A DNA stretch of 64,000 bases from an uncultured virus (IMG/VR IMGVR_UViG_3300042260_000394) (IMGVR_UViG_3300042260_000394); one strand, 5' to 3'. Positions 5,941-15,858 are shown, numbered from the stretch's first letter. Notes: generated by a model from the letters alone, not told the origin. Made by a program: numbers and translations.

Positions 5941-8247
5941 TTAAATTGTACAGGCTTCGCAAGCCTCTGAGTCGTCATCATTTACTTGTTGTAATTGTAA
6001 CATAGGTGCGGCTGTAGTGTCAAGTGTATCTTCGTCCTCACCTTTCATATCGTATGTGTTATGGTAGTACGAAGTCTTCCAACCCAACTTGTAAGTTGTC
6101 AACAAGTCACGGAACATGATACTCATTGGCACTTCGTTGTTTGGATAGTGCTTGGGATTGTAACTCCAGTTACCCGAAATAGCTTGGTCAAAGTATTTTT
6201 GCATCGCGGCTACAATCTTGACATAACCATCTTGAACACCATCTTCATACAAGTAAGAGTAGTTGTTCTTTAAGCTACCGTACTGTGGAACGATTTGTTT
6301 CAACGGACCTTTCTTGGACTTCTTAGTGCTCATTGCCGCACGTGGTGGCTCAATACCATTTGTTTCGTTACTAGCAACTGAACTTGATTCGCTTGGCATT
6401 TGTGCGCTTAGTGTACTGTGACGCATGCCATGTTCGGCAACTTCGCGACGCAACAATTCCCAATCGTAGTGCAAGTCTGTTCCTAGGAACTCGTCAACAT
6501 CACGCTTGTATGTGTCAATAGGCAAGATACCTTGTGCATACTTTGTACGGTCAAAGTATTCGCAACGACCTTTTTCTTTTGCAAGTTCAACGCTGGCTTT
6601 GATCAAGTAATATTGGAACGCTTCAGTTAAACGGTTAACTGATTGAGCGGCTTCAACATCAGAGTACTTCAAACCCTTCTTGGCAAGATAGTGTGCAAGG
6701 CCAATATACCCAATACCAAGACTACGACGAGCCTTAGTAGAAATCTCTGCGGCAATAACTGGGTAGCGTTGGTAGTCAATGATTTGATCCAATGCACGAA
6801 CAGCAAGTTCAGTCAAGTTCTTTAAGTCATCTAACTCGCGTACATTACCAACGTTGATAGCACTTAAAATGCAAAGAGCAATTTCGCCTTCCTTATCATC
6901 TAGTGTTTGGATAGGGTCTGTTGGCAATGTAATCTCTTGGCACAAGTTGCTCATACGCACCATGTCTGTAAAACTGCTGTGACTGTTGCAGTGGTCAATG
7001 TTCATGATATAGATGCGACCTGTTTCGGCACGTTCCTTTAGCAATTCTCCAAACAAGGCCATGGCCTTGACAGTCTTCTTAGAGATTGAAGGATCCTTTT
7101 CGTACTTGACATACAACTCGTCAAACACTTCATTGTTACCAAATGCTTCGTACAAGCCTGGAACGTCATGCGGTGAGAATAGTGTAATGTCGCCGTCGGC
7201 AAGTAAACGTTCGTAGAAAATCTTGCTCAATTGAATTGAGTAGTCTAACTTGCGCACACGATTGTCTTCGGTGCCTTTGTTGTTCTTTAAAACAATAACG
7301 TCACCAATCTCTTTGTGCCAGATTGGAAAGTGAACTGTAGCACTGCCGCCACGGACACCGTTTTGTGTGCATGAACGCACAACACTTTCATACACTTTCA
7401 AGAATGGAATAACACCAGTGTGTGCAACTTCGCCGCCACGAATCTTAGAGTTGATGGCACGAATACGGCCAACGTTCAAACCAATACCAGCACGTTGGGC
7501 AATGTAATAACCAACGGCAGAAGCACTGTTAAAGATGCTTGGAAGTGTATCGTCAACGTCAACTAATACGCAAGATGCAAACTGACGAATAGGAGTACGT
7601 ACACCTGACATTACAGGTGTAGGAATGTTAATCTTGAATGTAGAGATCGCATCGTAGTAACGACGAATGTAGCTTAGTCTCTTGTCAGCTGGGTATGTTG
7701 CAAACAATGTAGCGGCAATCATCATGTACATGTATTGCGGTGTTTCGTAGATGTGTCCATTGCTACGATCTTGTACAAGATACTTGTCTACTACTTGACG
7801 CATGCCTGCGTATGTAAAGTCCAAGTCACGTTGGTGGTTGATATAAACATCAAGTTGGCGCCATTCTGCTTCAGTGTATTGCTCAAGCAATTCGGCATCG
7901 TACACACCTGCGGCTACGTTTTTCTTTACTAGGTCATACAATGGAATGTAATCAAATTGCCCGAATACGATTTTACGAAGACCGTATAGCAATAAACGTG
8001 CGGCTGCAAATTGATAGTTTGGCTTTTCTAAACTAACTAAGTCACTTGCACTACGTACAAGAATCTCCTGGATGTCGCCAGTAGTGATGCCATCGTTGAA
8101 CTGCAAGTCTGCGTTCATTTCGATTTGGCTTACACTAACTCCGGCAAGACCTTCACATGCTTCTTCTACCATCAAGTGGATTTTGTTAATGTCCAACGGC
8201 TCTTTGCGCCCGTCTCTTTTAATTACGTTAATTGTTGATTTGCTCAT
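5941..8247 (-). CDS. nrdA: Ribonucleotide reductase class Ia alpha subunit
   Basis: N-terminal ATP cone (VIKRDG), ASCVL, SNLCQEI, SYY, C-terminal CEAC. Confidence 0.97.
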   Translation of the reverse strand: MSKSTINVIKRDGRKEPLDINKIHLMVEEACEGLAGVSVSQIEMNADLQFNDGITTGDIQEILVRSASDLVSLEKPNYQFAAARLLLYGLRKIVFGQFDYIPLYDLVKKNVAAGVYDAELLEQYTEAEWRQLDVYINHQRDLDFTYAGMRQVVDKYLVQDRSNGHIYETPQYMYMMIAATLFATYPADKRLSYIRRYYDAISTFKINIPTPVMSGVRTPIRQFASCVLVDVDDTLPSIFNSASAVGYYIAQRAGIGLNVGRIRAINSKIRGGEVAHTGVIPFLKVYESVVRSCTQNGVRGGSATVHFPIWHKEIGDVIVLKNNKGTEDNRVRKLDYSIQLSKIFYERLLADGDITLFSPHDVPGLYEAFGNNEVFDELYVKYEKDPSISKKTVKAMALFGELLKERAETGRIYIMNIDHCNSHSSFTDMVRMSNLCQEITLPTDPIQTLDDKEGEIALCILSAINVGNVRELDDLKNLTELAVRALDQIIDYQRYPVIAAEISTKARRSLGIGYIGLAHYLAKKGLKYSDVEAAQSVNRLTEAFQYYLIKASVELAKEKGRCEYFDRTKYAQGILPIDTYKRDVDEFLGTDLHYDWELLRREVAEHGMRHSTLSAQMPSESSSVASNETNGIEPPRAAMSTKKSKKGPLKQIVPQYGSLKNNYSYLYEDGVQDGYVKIVAAMQKYFDQAISGNWSYNPKHYPNNEVPMSIMFRDLLTTYKLGWKTSYYHNTYDMKGEDEDTLDTTAAPMLQLQQVNDDDSEACEACTI

Positions 8248-8328
8248 ATTTTCCTTTAATCCAATTTTTGTGTGCGCTGTCTTGGTGCAGTAAGTTCATA
8301 CTTAACCAGGAACCATGGCGCAATATCT

Positions 8329-8775
8329 TTATACTTTAACTAGGTTAGCGAGGTCGCTAGGGCCCCATGTTTGTAGAATTTGCATTTTTGCTTCGTCGAT
8401 GTCGAGTACTTCACCGTCATAATAATTTAACAGTTTTTTGTTAGGAAGTATTACCAACAAGCGGGGTGTTTCGTCGATTATGGCTAACATAAGCTCACAA
8501 TCAATTTTGGCTAGCACCATGCTGTAAAACATACCAAGTCCTTGTGCGCTGGGACAGAATGAACCCGACCCAATTAATGCCCATGGGTCTGGCCAAGTTT
8601 CTTGTCTCCAGGGATCGAATGTTTTAGTAACCATTGGGACAAATTTCCACCAGGTTGCTACTTCTTGATATGCAGAGTTAGTATCAAGATTTGAAAGACT
8701 TAGTCTCCAGTCTCTCCATGCTGCCAGTCTACCTTGTTTGTCAGTAAACCAATGTTCTAAGTTTCTATGTTCCAC
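8329..8775 (-). CDS. Hypothetical protein (possible degenerate transglutaminase-like fold)
   Basis: GTG start after TAAGTA. WPDPW...GSFC...GMFYSM loosely resembles the BTLCP W-x-TP...GDC motif, but no catalytic His is seen. Confidence 0.5.
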   Translation of the reverse strand: MEHRNLEHWFTDKQGRLAAWRDWRLSLSNLDTNSAYQEVATWWKFVPMVTKTFDPWRQETWPDPWALIGSGSFCPSAQGLGMFYSMVLAKIDCELMLAIIDETPRLLVILPNKKLLNYYDGEVLDIDEAKMQILQTWGPSDLANLVKV

Positions 8776-8782
8776 GCGATAC

Positions 8783-9472
8783 TTATGCTAGTTTATAGTA
8801 CTGTTCTACTCGACGAAGCCATAGATCTGTATAGCGATCAAAGTCTGCACCTTCTACGATAAATTCCTGATAGATGTTGTCTGCCGAGCACATAAAGATT
8901 ACACCTTTGCGAATCCGAGTGCCCCATACTTCGTTGTGTGCTAGTGCGTATGCCGTGGTTTGAATAAAGTAATCGTCAATCCATTCACGCTTCTTGGGCT
9001 TGTTGGTTTGCTTATGGTCCATGATGGCATCTTCGCCACTGTGGACTCCAACCAAGTCAGTTGTACCTGCATACAAGCCCGGGCAGTACAGTTGGACTTC
9101 GGTGCCCCATACTTCGTTGCAATTCACTAGGCCTTCGCTAATAATGGTCTGTGCCATTTTGTGACTTTGGATGGAGTATGGATTTGTGCCAGGTGTGCCA
9201 GCATCTCCAGTTAGCACATAGTTCTCAAGCCACTTGTGCATACGAGTGCCACGGCTAGCGGCTTCGGTTGTAATCTCTCGGGCTTTTTGTTCCCCGACGC
9301 TCTTACGCCAATTTGCAAGAGCTTGTTTAGATTCTTCGGATTTAGTTTTGTCTAGAATTGTAGTAACGCTAGGTACTCGTGATCCATCTGGAGTTTCGTA
9401 TAGACGACTTGCGCCGTCTATTCGATTTAATGGTTGGTAGTTGTATTTGGGGTTAAAATTTATCATTGTCAT
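8783..9472 (-). CDS. PD-(D/E)XK exonuclease (phage exonuclease/MGME1-like)
   Basis: PSVTTIL, RGTRMH, E...YAGTTDLV, IMDHKQ, YFIQTTAYA. Confidence 0.88.
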   Translation of the reverse strand: MTMINFNPKYNYQPLNRIDGASRLYETPDGSRVPSVTTILDKTKSEESKQALANWRKSVGEQKAREITTEAASRGTRMHKWLENYVLTGDAGTPGTNPYSIQSHKMAQTIISEGLVNCNEVWGTEVQLYCPGLYAGTTDLVGVHSGEDAIMDHKQTNKPKKREWIDDYFIQTTAYALAHNEVWGTRIRKGVIFMCSADNIYQEFIVEGADFDRYTDLWLRRVEQYYKLA

Positions 9473-9474
9473 TT

Positions 9475-9503
9475 ATTATACACAAGCGTATATAATAAGT
9501 CAA
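9475..9503 (-). promoter_or_regulatory. Sigma70-type promoter
   Basis: TTGACT-17 nt-TATAAT immediately upstream of the exonuclease gene. Confidence 0.7.
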
Positions 9504-9506
9504 TGA

Positions 9507-9854
9507 TTACCAGGCGATTACCCACTGGAAAGTGGTTTGGCTAGTTGGGTTAATTTGGCGTTCGATTGTGTATCCAAGATCTGTAAAATACTGGATCACT
9601 TTAGCCATTTGAAGTCTTAATTGGCGGCTATCATTGACACCGGTCCAAGTATTGTAGTACTCGGTTGCTAATGCATAACCAGTGTCAGTTGGATTCTTTG
9701 CCATTGTGCTTGTAGTTGATACTGTTACTTCAACTGCGCCATCTGCCGCCGCCAAAATAACTTCTTCTTCTAAGTCACGGATTTCTCTTAAAACAAAAAT
9801 ATCTTGTAGTGATTTTAAACGTGCTTCTGATGCAGTTAACATTACGCGGCTCAT
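9507..9854 (-). CDS. Hypothetical protein
   Basis: ATGA-coupled ORF in a minus-strand operon. Confidence 0.7.
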   Translation of the reverse strand: MSRVMLTASEARLKSLQDIFVLREIRDLEEEVILAAADGAVEVTVSTTSTMAKNPTDTGYALATEYYNTWTGVNDSRQLRLQMAKVIQYFTDLGYTIERQINPTSQTTFQWVIAW

Positions 9855-10192
9855 AGTCCTAAATCCTTTTTAGCTTGTGCAATTGCATCCTTGCCTACAA
9901 TTTCTTTGTTCTGTTCTGCTTGATCAACTGTGTCTGCATTAGGAACTGTGGTCATCATAATTTTATCATTGCTAACATCGGCGACCAAGTCGTTGTTTTT
10001 TGCTTTGAATGTTGCGATTAGACCACGGATAGCATCAATTTGATTTGATGCGCTAAATCCCATCTTATTAAGACGTTGTACTAACTCTTGCATAGGCAAG
10101 GTTGCTACGCCATCGTTTTGACTCTTAATTAAGAGCATCTTGACAGCGTTGGCAAAACTTTGATCTACACTAGATAGTTCAAGCAATATCAC
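9851..10192 (-). CDS. Hypothetical protein (possible internal head protein)
   Basis: Coupled ORF with N-terminal MILLEL. Confidence 0.65.
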   Translation of the reverse strand: MILLELSSVDQSFANAVKMLLIKSQNDGVATLPMQELVQRLNKMGFSASNQIDAIRGLIATFKAKNNDLVADVSNDKIMMTTVPNADTVDQAEQNKEIVGKDAIAQAKKDLGL

Positions 10193-10808
10193 TCTTCATC
10201 TCCCTGCCAGTTGGTTCTTCTTCTGGGCCTGCACTACTTGGGAAAATTGGAGCTTCGCCGCCAGCTTCTTCACCTGGCAAAGAGGCTGGTAAAGCATCGC
10301 CTGGGCTTGTTAAGCTAGTGATAGCTGAATCAAGCGTGTCTTTAGTTTGCATTAACATGTTAATGGCTTCTTCTAATGCGCCCTTAACTGTTTGTACGTA
10401 TTGCTCGCCTGTTGCATCGCCGAAACGAGCTTTGATTTGATCAACCAATGTGATCATGTCTTTACCTAGCATGTCTGCTACGTCTTCGATCATACCTTGG
10501 AAGTCTTTGTTCATTGAACGTGCGGCAATAATAACTTCTGCTTGATCTAAATCAGCATCGTCTAATTCGCCTTCAAATAAAACTGGATCTACGTTGGCCA
10601 TTTCTTCGTATACTTCACGTTGCAAAATTGCACGAGTATACTCTGCACCACCACGGCTTGCTAAAGTATCGATTTCTGATTGAACACGCTCTAGTTGTTC
10701 ACGTAACATGCGTCCGCCTAGTGGCTTAACGTCAATGCTTTCCTTACGCAACGCACGACGAGCTGCCTGTGCTGGCGTAGTTGTTGTTGTAATATCATTA
10801 AATTTCAT
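10179..10808 (-). CDS. Hypothetical helical protein (possible prohead core/internal protein)
   Basis: TAAATA at 10826-10831, GGAG SD, MKFNDI N-terminus, LFEG site. Confidence 0.7.
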   Translation of the reverse strand: MKFNDITTTTTPAQAARRALRKESIDVKPLGGRMLREQLERVQSEIDTLASRGGAEYTRAILQREVYEEMANVDPVLFEGELDDADLDQAEVIIAARSMNKDFQGMIEDVADMLGKDMITLVDQIKARFGDATGEQYVQTVKGALEEAINMLMQTKDTLDSAITSLTSPGDALPASLPGEEAGGEAPIFPSSAGPEEEPTGREMKSDIA

Positions 10809-10828
10809 AATGGTCTCCGATACTTTAT

Positions 10829-11104
10829 TTAGTGTTTTGGCTTGCTCATTTTGTTCATTCTAGCCACACGTCTGCTGACTTGATTGAACTTTTTAGTTCT
10901 GCGGCTTCGCATTTTGAATCTGGTTTTGAATTTAGCTTTTAAGCGTTTAAATCTGATACGCTTTTTGATGTCAATACGTTTGCTACATGTACTTGCCGCG
11001 CTAACGACTCGCCCTTTTTTAACTCCGGTTGTGCAACGAACTTTACGTTTAATTCGTTTACCAGAACGGGCCCATACTATTTTAGCTTCGACAACGATTT
11101 GCAT
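10829..11104 (-). CDS. Very basic (K/R-rich) small protein, probably nucleic-acid binding
   Basis: 91 aa dominated by Lys/Arg after N-terminal IVVEAK. Confidence 0.7.
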   Translation of the reverse strand: MQIVVEAKIVWARSGKRIKRKVRCTTGVKKGRVVSAASTCSKRIDIKKRIRFKRLKAKFKTRFKMRSRRTKKFNQVSRRVARMNKMSKPKH

Positions 11105-11105
11105 G

Positions 11106-11402
11106 TTATTTTGGAAGGTGTGTAATCACATACCCTAGCATTGCCAACAGGCCCACAACAACTGTTGCAGTAGATGTGACCATAATTTTAAACTTTTCAT
11201 CTTTAGCGTTACTTAATAAAGTCTTAATTTCGCTAAGATTTTTTTGATTATCCGTCTTAAATGACGCAAAATCTGTATGGATCTGATCTAATCGATCTTC
11301 AACGAATCCAATCTTTTCTTCTAAACGCTTATAACGCTCAGCACACAATTCTACGTGTAGCTCTAAGCTAGTCTGCTCTGTAATCGGTCTATCGGCTGCC
11401 AT
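11106..11402 (-). CDS. Coiled-coil protein with C-terminal transmembrane helix
   Basis: Heptad pattern followed by hydrophobic ATVVVGLLAMLGYVI. Confidence 0.7.
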   Translation of the reverse strand: MAADRPITEQTSLELHVELCAERYKRLEEKIGFVEDRLDQIHTDFASFKTDNQKNLSEIKTLLSNAKDEKFKIMVTSTATVVVGLLAMLGYVITHLPK

Positions 11403-11520
11403 TTTAGCTATCCCGTAAAAAAACTACTCACATGACTCGAGTCTGTAAGTAAAGTTGTGAGTAAAAATGAGCCTAGGTGAGTGATTACAACGATTGTTTA
11501 TATAGTTATATTTAGCACGA

Positions 11521-11949
11521 TTAGAAAGAATCGTGTCGGATGTAAAACGTATTTTTGTCGGGACCAGATGTAATGAGCTTGCCATCTAATGCGGCTGTTT
11601 CAGTTAGGCCTGTAATTGCGGTATTACCAACTGAATCAGCTGTTAATGTTTCTTCTGTCATTTGGCCAACACGTTCAGCGATCCACTTTAGGCACCATAC
11701 GCGATGTATGCCTTTGATGTTTTCTCCAAATAAGCTATCGCTAACGTCCTGTTGATCGATACACTCAACTCCAGCAAGCAATGGCTGGCCACGACTTGCA
11801 ATAATATTCATCAATGTAGCCAAATTGCTACGACTGCTGTTGCTACTTGGCCCAATGTCATACAGTGTCCAGGCTGTAAAGAACTCTGGATCAGCACCCA
11901 TGTGCGCACCGGGAATCATCCAGGATTTCTTATCTTCTCTTTTTTGCAT
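11521..11949 (-). CDS. Hypothetical protein
   Basis: TAATG-coupled ORF. Confidence 0.7.
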   Translation of the reverse strand: MQKREDKKSWMIPGAHMGADPEFFTAWTLYDIGPSSNSSRSNLATLMNIIASRGQPLLAGVECIDQQDVSDSLFGENIKGIHRVWCLKWIAERVGQMTEETLTADSVGNTAITGLTETAALDGKLITSGPDKNTFYIRHDSF

Positions 11950-12725
11950 TATTTTATTGTAGCAATGGCCCGACCAATTGCGTATCCTGTCAATCCGGCA
12001 GCACCTACTTTGGCTACGCTCTTTAAAAAGCCGTCGCCTGAACGAGAACCAGCAATAGCTCCAGCGCCTAGCGCCGCAAGCTCTGCGTTACCTGCGTCTG
12101 TAATTTCGTAACCTTTGTTTCTTGACAACACATCTAATACTGGTAATAGCTCACTGCGTTTACCTCTTATGCGATAGTATTGTAATAATCTTGTCACGCA
12201 TAGTTCTCGCTGATGAGTTGTAAGGTTTTCCCAGTCTGTGATTAATCTACGCAAACTTTTGTAATTGCTTACATCAATACCCATTTGGCCTTCCAATCTA
12301 TACATTAGTCGTACTGCTGTAATTCGATCTAATGTGCCATTGGCGATTCCATGTAGGAACTGCTTTACTAATTTAGTGTTGGCACGAAGCTGTTTGGCTA
12401 GTACTAAGTTCTGATCATGTGCTTTTAGCTGTTGGGCAGTGCCACCTGTTGGGTTAAACAAGATGTGCAAGCCTTGGTATAAGTCTGTGCCGCTGATTCT
12501 TGGTGCAGTGAAGTTGCCAAATGCCAAAGTACGTTGTGCATAGTCTTTGGCAAAAGGTGCTGTTTCAAACTCCTTGCTTAACATGTAAAGAGTTAGCATG
12601 TTTAGAAACACGCTGTCTACTGTGTCACGCAATGTTAGCTGGCCAAGGTGCGTATTACGAAACATCTTGCTTTCGTTACAGTTTTCAAGAATAAAACTAA
12701 AACTGTTGTCTTGATTGTCTTCCAT
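11949..12725 (-). CDS. Hypothetical protein (possible internal head protein)
   Basis: 258-aa ORF, ILEN/CNES sites near the N-terminus, Gly/Ala-rich C-terminus. Confidence 0.7.
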   Translation of the reverse strand: MEDNQDNSFSFILENCNESKMFRNTHLGQLTLRDTVDSVFLNMLTLYMLSKEFETAPFAKDYAQRTLAFGNFTAPRISGTDLYQGLHILFNPTGGTAQQLKAHDQNLVLAKQLRANTKLVKQFLHGIANGTLDRITAVRLMYRLEGQMGIDVSNYKSLRRLITDWENLTTHQRELCVTRLLQYYRIRGKRSELLPVLDVLSRNKGYEITDAGNAELAALGAGAIAGSRSGDGFLKSVAKVGAAGLTGYAIGRAIATIK

Positions 12726-12726
12726 A

Positions 12727-13917
12727 TTACTTGTCCTTGTCTTTCATGAACACAGGGCGGTTGACTAATTTAATCTTGCCGTGTGGCGTAGCTGAAACAA
12801 AGCCTTCGTGCCCTGCGCCTGTTTGTACACTGCTAGTATCAGCACCAACGTGCTTGTCTAGTTGATCTTTAATTTTGTGCTTGATAACTGTAATGCCAGC
12901 AACGATATCCCACGCTGTCTGGAATGGAGCCTTAAATTGGTTGATGTGTGCTTCGACGTTGGCTTGCTTGTTAGCCGACAAGCCGCTTGGACCTTTTAGC
13001 CAAGCCATAAACTCGTTTGCAACTGCTTTACCGTTTGTGATTTCCTGACCGCTTCGTGCTTTAAAGTTAACAAAGCTCTTGAAGATGTCTGGTAAGTTAG
13101 AAATCTTTAATGCACCAATGGCAAACGGATCTAACATGTCGTCAATCTTAGCGGCTGCTGGACTGTTAATAAGTGCTTGCACTTTCTTAATGTCTGCGGC
13201 AGGTAATTTAACAGTGTGTTCTTGCGTTAAGTTAGTTGATGGGCCAAATACTACTAGGCCAGGAACAGATTTAATACCAACTGCATCTGGAGATGTTGGC
13301 GTTGGTTCGGCTGTAGCAGAAGCGGCTTCATCAGCAGAGTCGTACATACCATGTACTGCAATGCCAGCACGGCTACGAACAATCTTCTTACCAACTTCAC
13401 TGGTCTTGTCAATGTGATATTCAACCTTGTTTGGTTTAAAATTTACTCGCGCATCGTCAATAGTTAAGTCTTGTGCTTTCATCCAAAGCATATCACCTTG
13501 GAACATCTTGCCTGCTGTCTTAACAGGAGTAGCACGTTTTAACAAGTCATACATACCACCAAAGTGTGCGGCATATTCTGCACGACCCGGGCTGTCTGGC
13601 TTACGATTATAAATCATTGCAGACACTTCTTCTGCGCTTGTTGGGCGACCATCATACTTCTTGGCACCAATGCCTGCTTTGTCTGTTACGATGAATGTGT
13701 TCTTATCTAGCCAGCCAAAGATAACTGCCGGGCTACCGTCCCACTTGATCGTTGTTGTGTCATGATGTGACTGAGCCGCATGTGTTAGTGCAGTTAGCGC
13801 ACGTTGAGCACCTTCAATACCGTTTTCATCAAACATGATATCTTCTGGGTGATCGATTCGAGCTTTTGCTTCGGTGAGCTTACGCTTATGATTTTGTGTT
13901 ACTTCGAATATTTTCAT
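12727..13917 (-). CDS. Ligase-like covalent nucleotidyltransferase-fold protein
   Basis: Motif I IKWDG, motif III FQGDML, motif IV HEGFV, motif V IKLVNR. Confidence 0.6.
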   Translation of the reverse strand: MKIFEVTQNHKRKLTEAKARIDHPEDIMFDENGIEGAQRALTALTHAAQSHHDTTTIKWDGSPAVIFGWLDKNTFIVTDKAGIGAKKYDGRPTSAEEVSAMIYNRKPDSPGRAEYAAHFGGMYDLLKRATPVKTAGKMFQGDMLWMKAQDLTIDDARVNFKPNKVEYHIDKTSEVGKKIVRSRAGIAVHGMYDSADEAASATAEPTPTSPDAVGIKSVPGLVVFGPSTNLTQEHTVKLPAADIKKVQALINSPAAAKIDDMLDPFAIGALKISNLPDIFKSFVNFKARSGQEITNGKAVANEFMAWLKGPSGLSANKQANVEAHINQFKAPFQTAWDIVAGITVIKHKIKDQLDKHVGADTSSVQTGAGHEGFVSATPHGKIKLVNRPVFMKDKDK

Positions 13918-15119
13918 GGTAATGGATTCGCTCTCAAATACTCGTCATGAGCCTTTGTATATTCTGCGTTTTGTCTTGCAACAAATGCGGCATCACTTTC
14001 TGCTGGCGTCTTTGTAACTGCTCGTCTTGCTCTCTCGCCTTCATCGTGTGCCTTGTCAAATAACTCGTCTGTGTTTACAGTTGTACCTGGAGTTGTAGGG
14101 GCCGTTGCTTGCTGTTCAAAATTCATACTTTTAATTTTGGCATGTACAGCTCGTGCCCACTCTTTGTAAATCTCAAATGCTTTTGCTCTTGGCGGCTGTT
14201 CTGCTACCGCAATCTGCAACCACGCTTTAAATTGTTCTTCAATTAGCTCCTCGGCTTTATTAACTACTGAATTAACTGCCGCAGGGTCAACATCAGAACT
14301 ATGTCCAGATAGCAATCTTGTTAGTGTTTGATTGCTTACCAACAACGGTGGGCTTGCTAGCATCGCTTGCATTTGTTCTGTAGACAAATTCAAATACTTT
14401 TTCTGAATACCAGTTTGTCCTGTAATCATGCTAATCAACACAAGTTCTTCTAAGTTGTCTCTTAGATCAACGTTTGGATTCAATGATCTTAAATCAGGAC
14501 TTTGTTGTGAGAATAAAACTTTGTCAAGTTGTGCGCTTGCAGTCTTAAAATTTTCTAATGCGTCTGGATCAACTTCTGCTGTTTCAGCGTCCTCTTGTTG
14601 GGTTTGGATAAAAATAACTGTAGCGGCTACAATCATTGATATAGCATTTAGTGCAGGCTCAACTTCCATGCCAATAGAAGCACTACCAGTACCACCAAGA
14701 ATAGCATCAAACAATAATTTAATTTCGTTGTTAGCACCAACATTACTTGACAATACTAAGCGTTCAATGTCAGCACGATTGGATTTAATAGTAGGGCCAA
14801 CTTGTGCAATATCAACTTGAAGTTGATCAGTAGCCGCAACTTTATCAGCTGCCGCCAGTGTCTGCTGATACATCATTTTTACTGGTAGAGGTACAGAACC
14901 AGAATCGATTTGGGCTAGCTGATTACCTAAACGTTGCATAACACGCGGTCTTGTGGTATTTGTAATAGCATCTGCAAACTTACGCAAAGCCGCATTGCTA
15001 CCACGCAAGGCACGAATGATACCAGTTGGGCCATCGCCGCCGGCCATACTAGTTACTTTAGAAACTAAATTATCTAAGAACCCTTCATCTAATTGACGCT
15101 GTAGGTCATTAACTTTCAT
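13914..15119 (-). CDS. Hypothetical protein (possible internal head protein)
   Basis: MKVNDL...LDEG N-terminus; ATGA coupling. Confidence 0.7.
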   Translation of the reverse strand: MKVNDLQRQLDEGFLDNLVSKVTSMAGGDGPTGIIRALRGSNAALRKFADAITNTTRPRVMQRLGNQLAQIDSGSVPLPVKMMYQQTLAAADKVAATDQLQVDIAQVGPTIKSNRADIERLVLSSNVGANNEIKLLFDAILGGTGSASIGMEVEPALNAISMIVAATVIFIQTQQEDAETAEVDPDALENFKTASAQLDKVLFSQQSPDLRSLNPNVDLRDNLEELVLISMITGQTGIQKKYLNLSTEQMQAMLASPPLLVSNQTLTRLLSGHSSDVDPAAVNSVVNKAEELIEEQFKAWLQIAVAEQPPRAKAFEIYKEWARAVHAKIKSMNFEQQATAPTTPGTTVNTDELFDKAHDEGERARRAVTKTPAESDAAFVARQNAEYTKAHDEYLRANPLP

Positions 15120-15367
15120 TGCTCGTTTTCCTTAATTGCTCTTACACCTCGAGCAAACTTAGCAGGGTCGCCATTTTTAATGGCTAGTTGCAATCTTCGT
15201 ACTAGCTCTTCGGCCTGGTGCGGTGGATAGTTAGTTTGTATAATTTCGACTAGATTGATAACACGGGCAATGGCCTGCGTTGCTAGTCCCTCAACAAGCA
15301 AATGCTTGTCTTGCTGTGGTACTAGACCTGTTATTTCTTCTAGGATGCTACGAGTTTGTTTACGCAT
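15116..15367 (-). CDS. Hypothetical protein
   Basis: First gene after the bidirectional late promoter; TRSILEE. Confidence 0.7.
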   Translation of the reverse strand: MRKQTRSILEEITGLVPQQDKHLLVEGLATQAIARVINLVEIIQTNYPPHQAEELVRRLQLAIKNGDPAKFARGVRAIKENEQ

Positions 15368-15375
15368 GATTAATA

Positions 15376-15389
15376 TATTTAGCTAAATA
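15376..15389. promoter_or_regulatory. Palindromic bidirectional late promoter
   Basis: TATTTAGCTAAATA between divergent genes gives TAAATA on both strands. Confidence 0.75.
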
Positions 15390-15411
15390 AAGTTAATAGG
15401 AGACCCTGAAA

Positions 15412-15858
15412 ATGCAACTTTCACCAAGCGCACAGGATTTGAGAGATTTGGCTAATAAGCTACAAAGGCTCAGCGAATACGATACAAGTGCCGATACGCA
15501 CGAACCAAACCATGAAATTACTGACAGCGAATTAAGCCGCTTAAAAATTGCACTACGCCCATTGGTTAGTAGCGACATGCAAAGCCGTTTTATGCAAGTT
15601 TTAAACAAAATGGTTAGCGGACAGCCTGTAACCTTTGCAGAATCAAAACTTATTACGGCTGCTTTCATTAGCATGGCAGACATTGTTGCAAGCGATAGTT
15701 CATTGATTTCTCGTTTACGTGCTGACATTAAAGATTACAATGCGGCTGCTGGTGGTGATAATACCGAAGGCGACGAATACAGTCCAAAATTGAGTACTAG
15801 TGATTTTGAAGAACCGGAAGCAGAAGAGCTTCCAGTTAACAATCGCGATTTGAAATAA
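15412..15858 (+). CDS. Hypothetical protein
   Basis: AGGAG SD, late motif upstream, stop abuts the convergent helicase stop. Confidence 0.75.
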   Translation: MQLSPSAQDLRDLANKLQRLSEYDTSADTHEPNHEITDSELSRLKIALRPLVSSDMQSRFMQVLNKMVSGQPVTFAESKLITAAFISMADIVASDSSLISRLRADIKDYNAAAGGDNTEGDEYSPKLSTSDFEEPEAEELPVNNRDLK

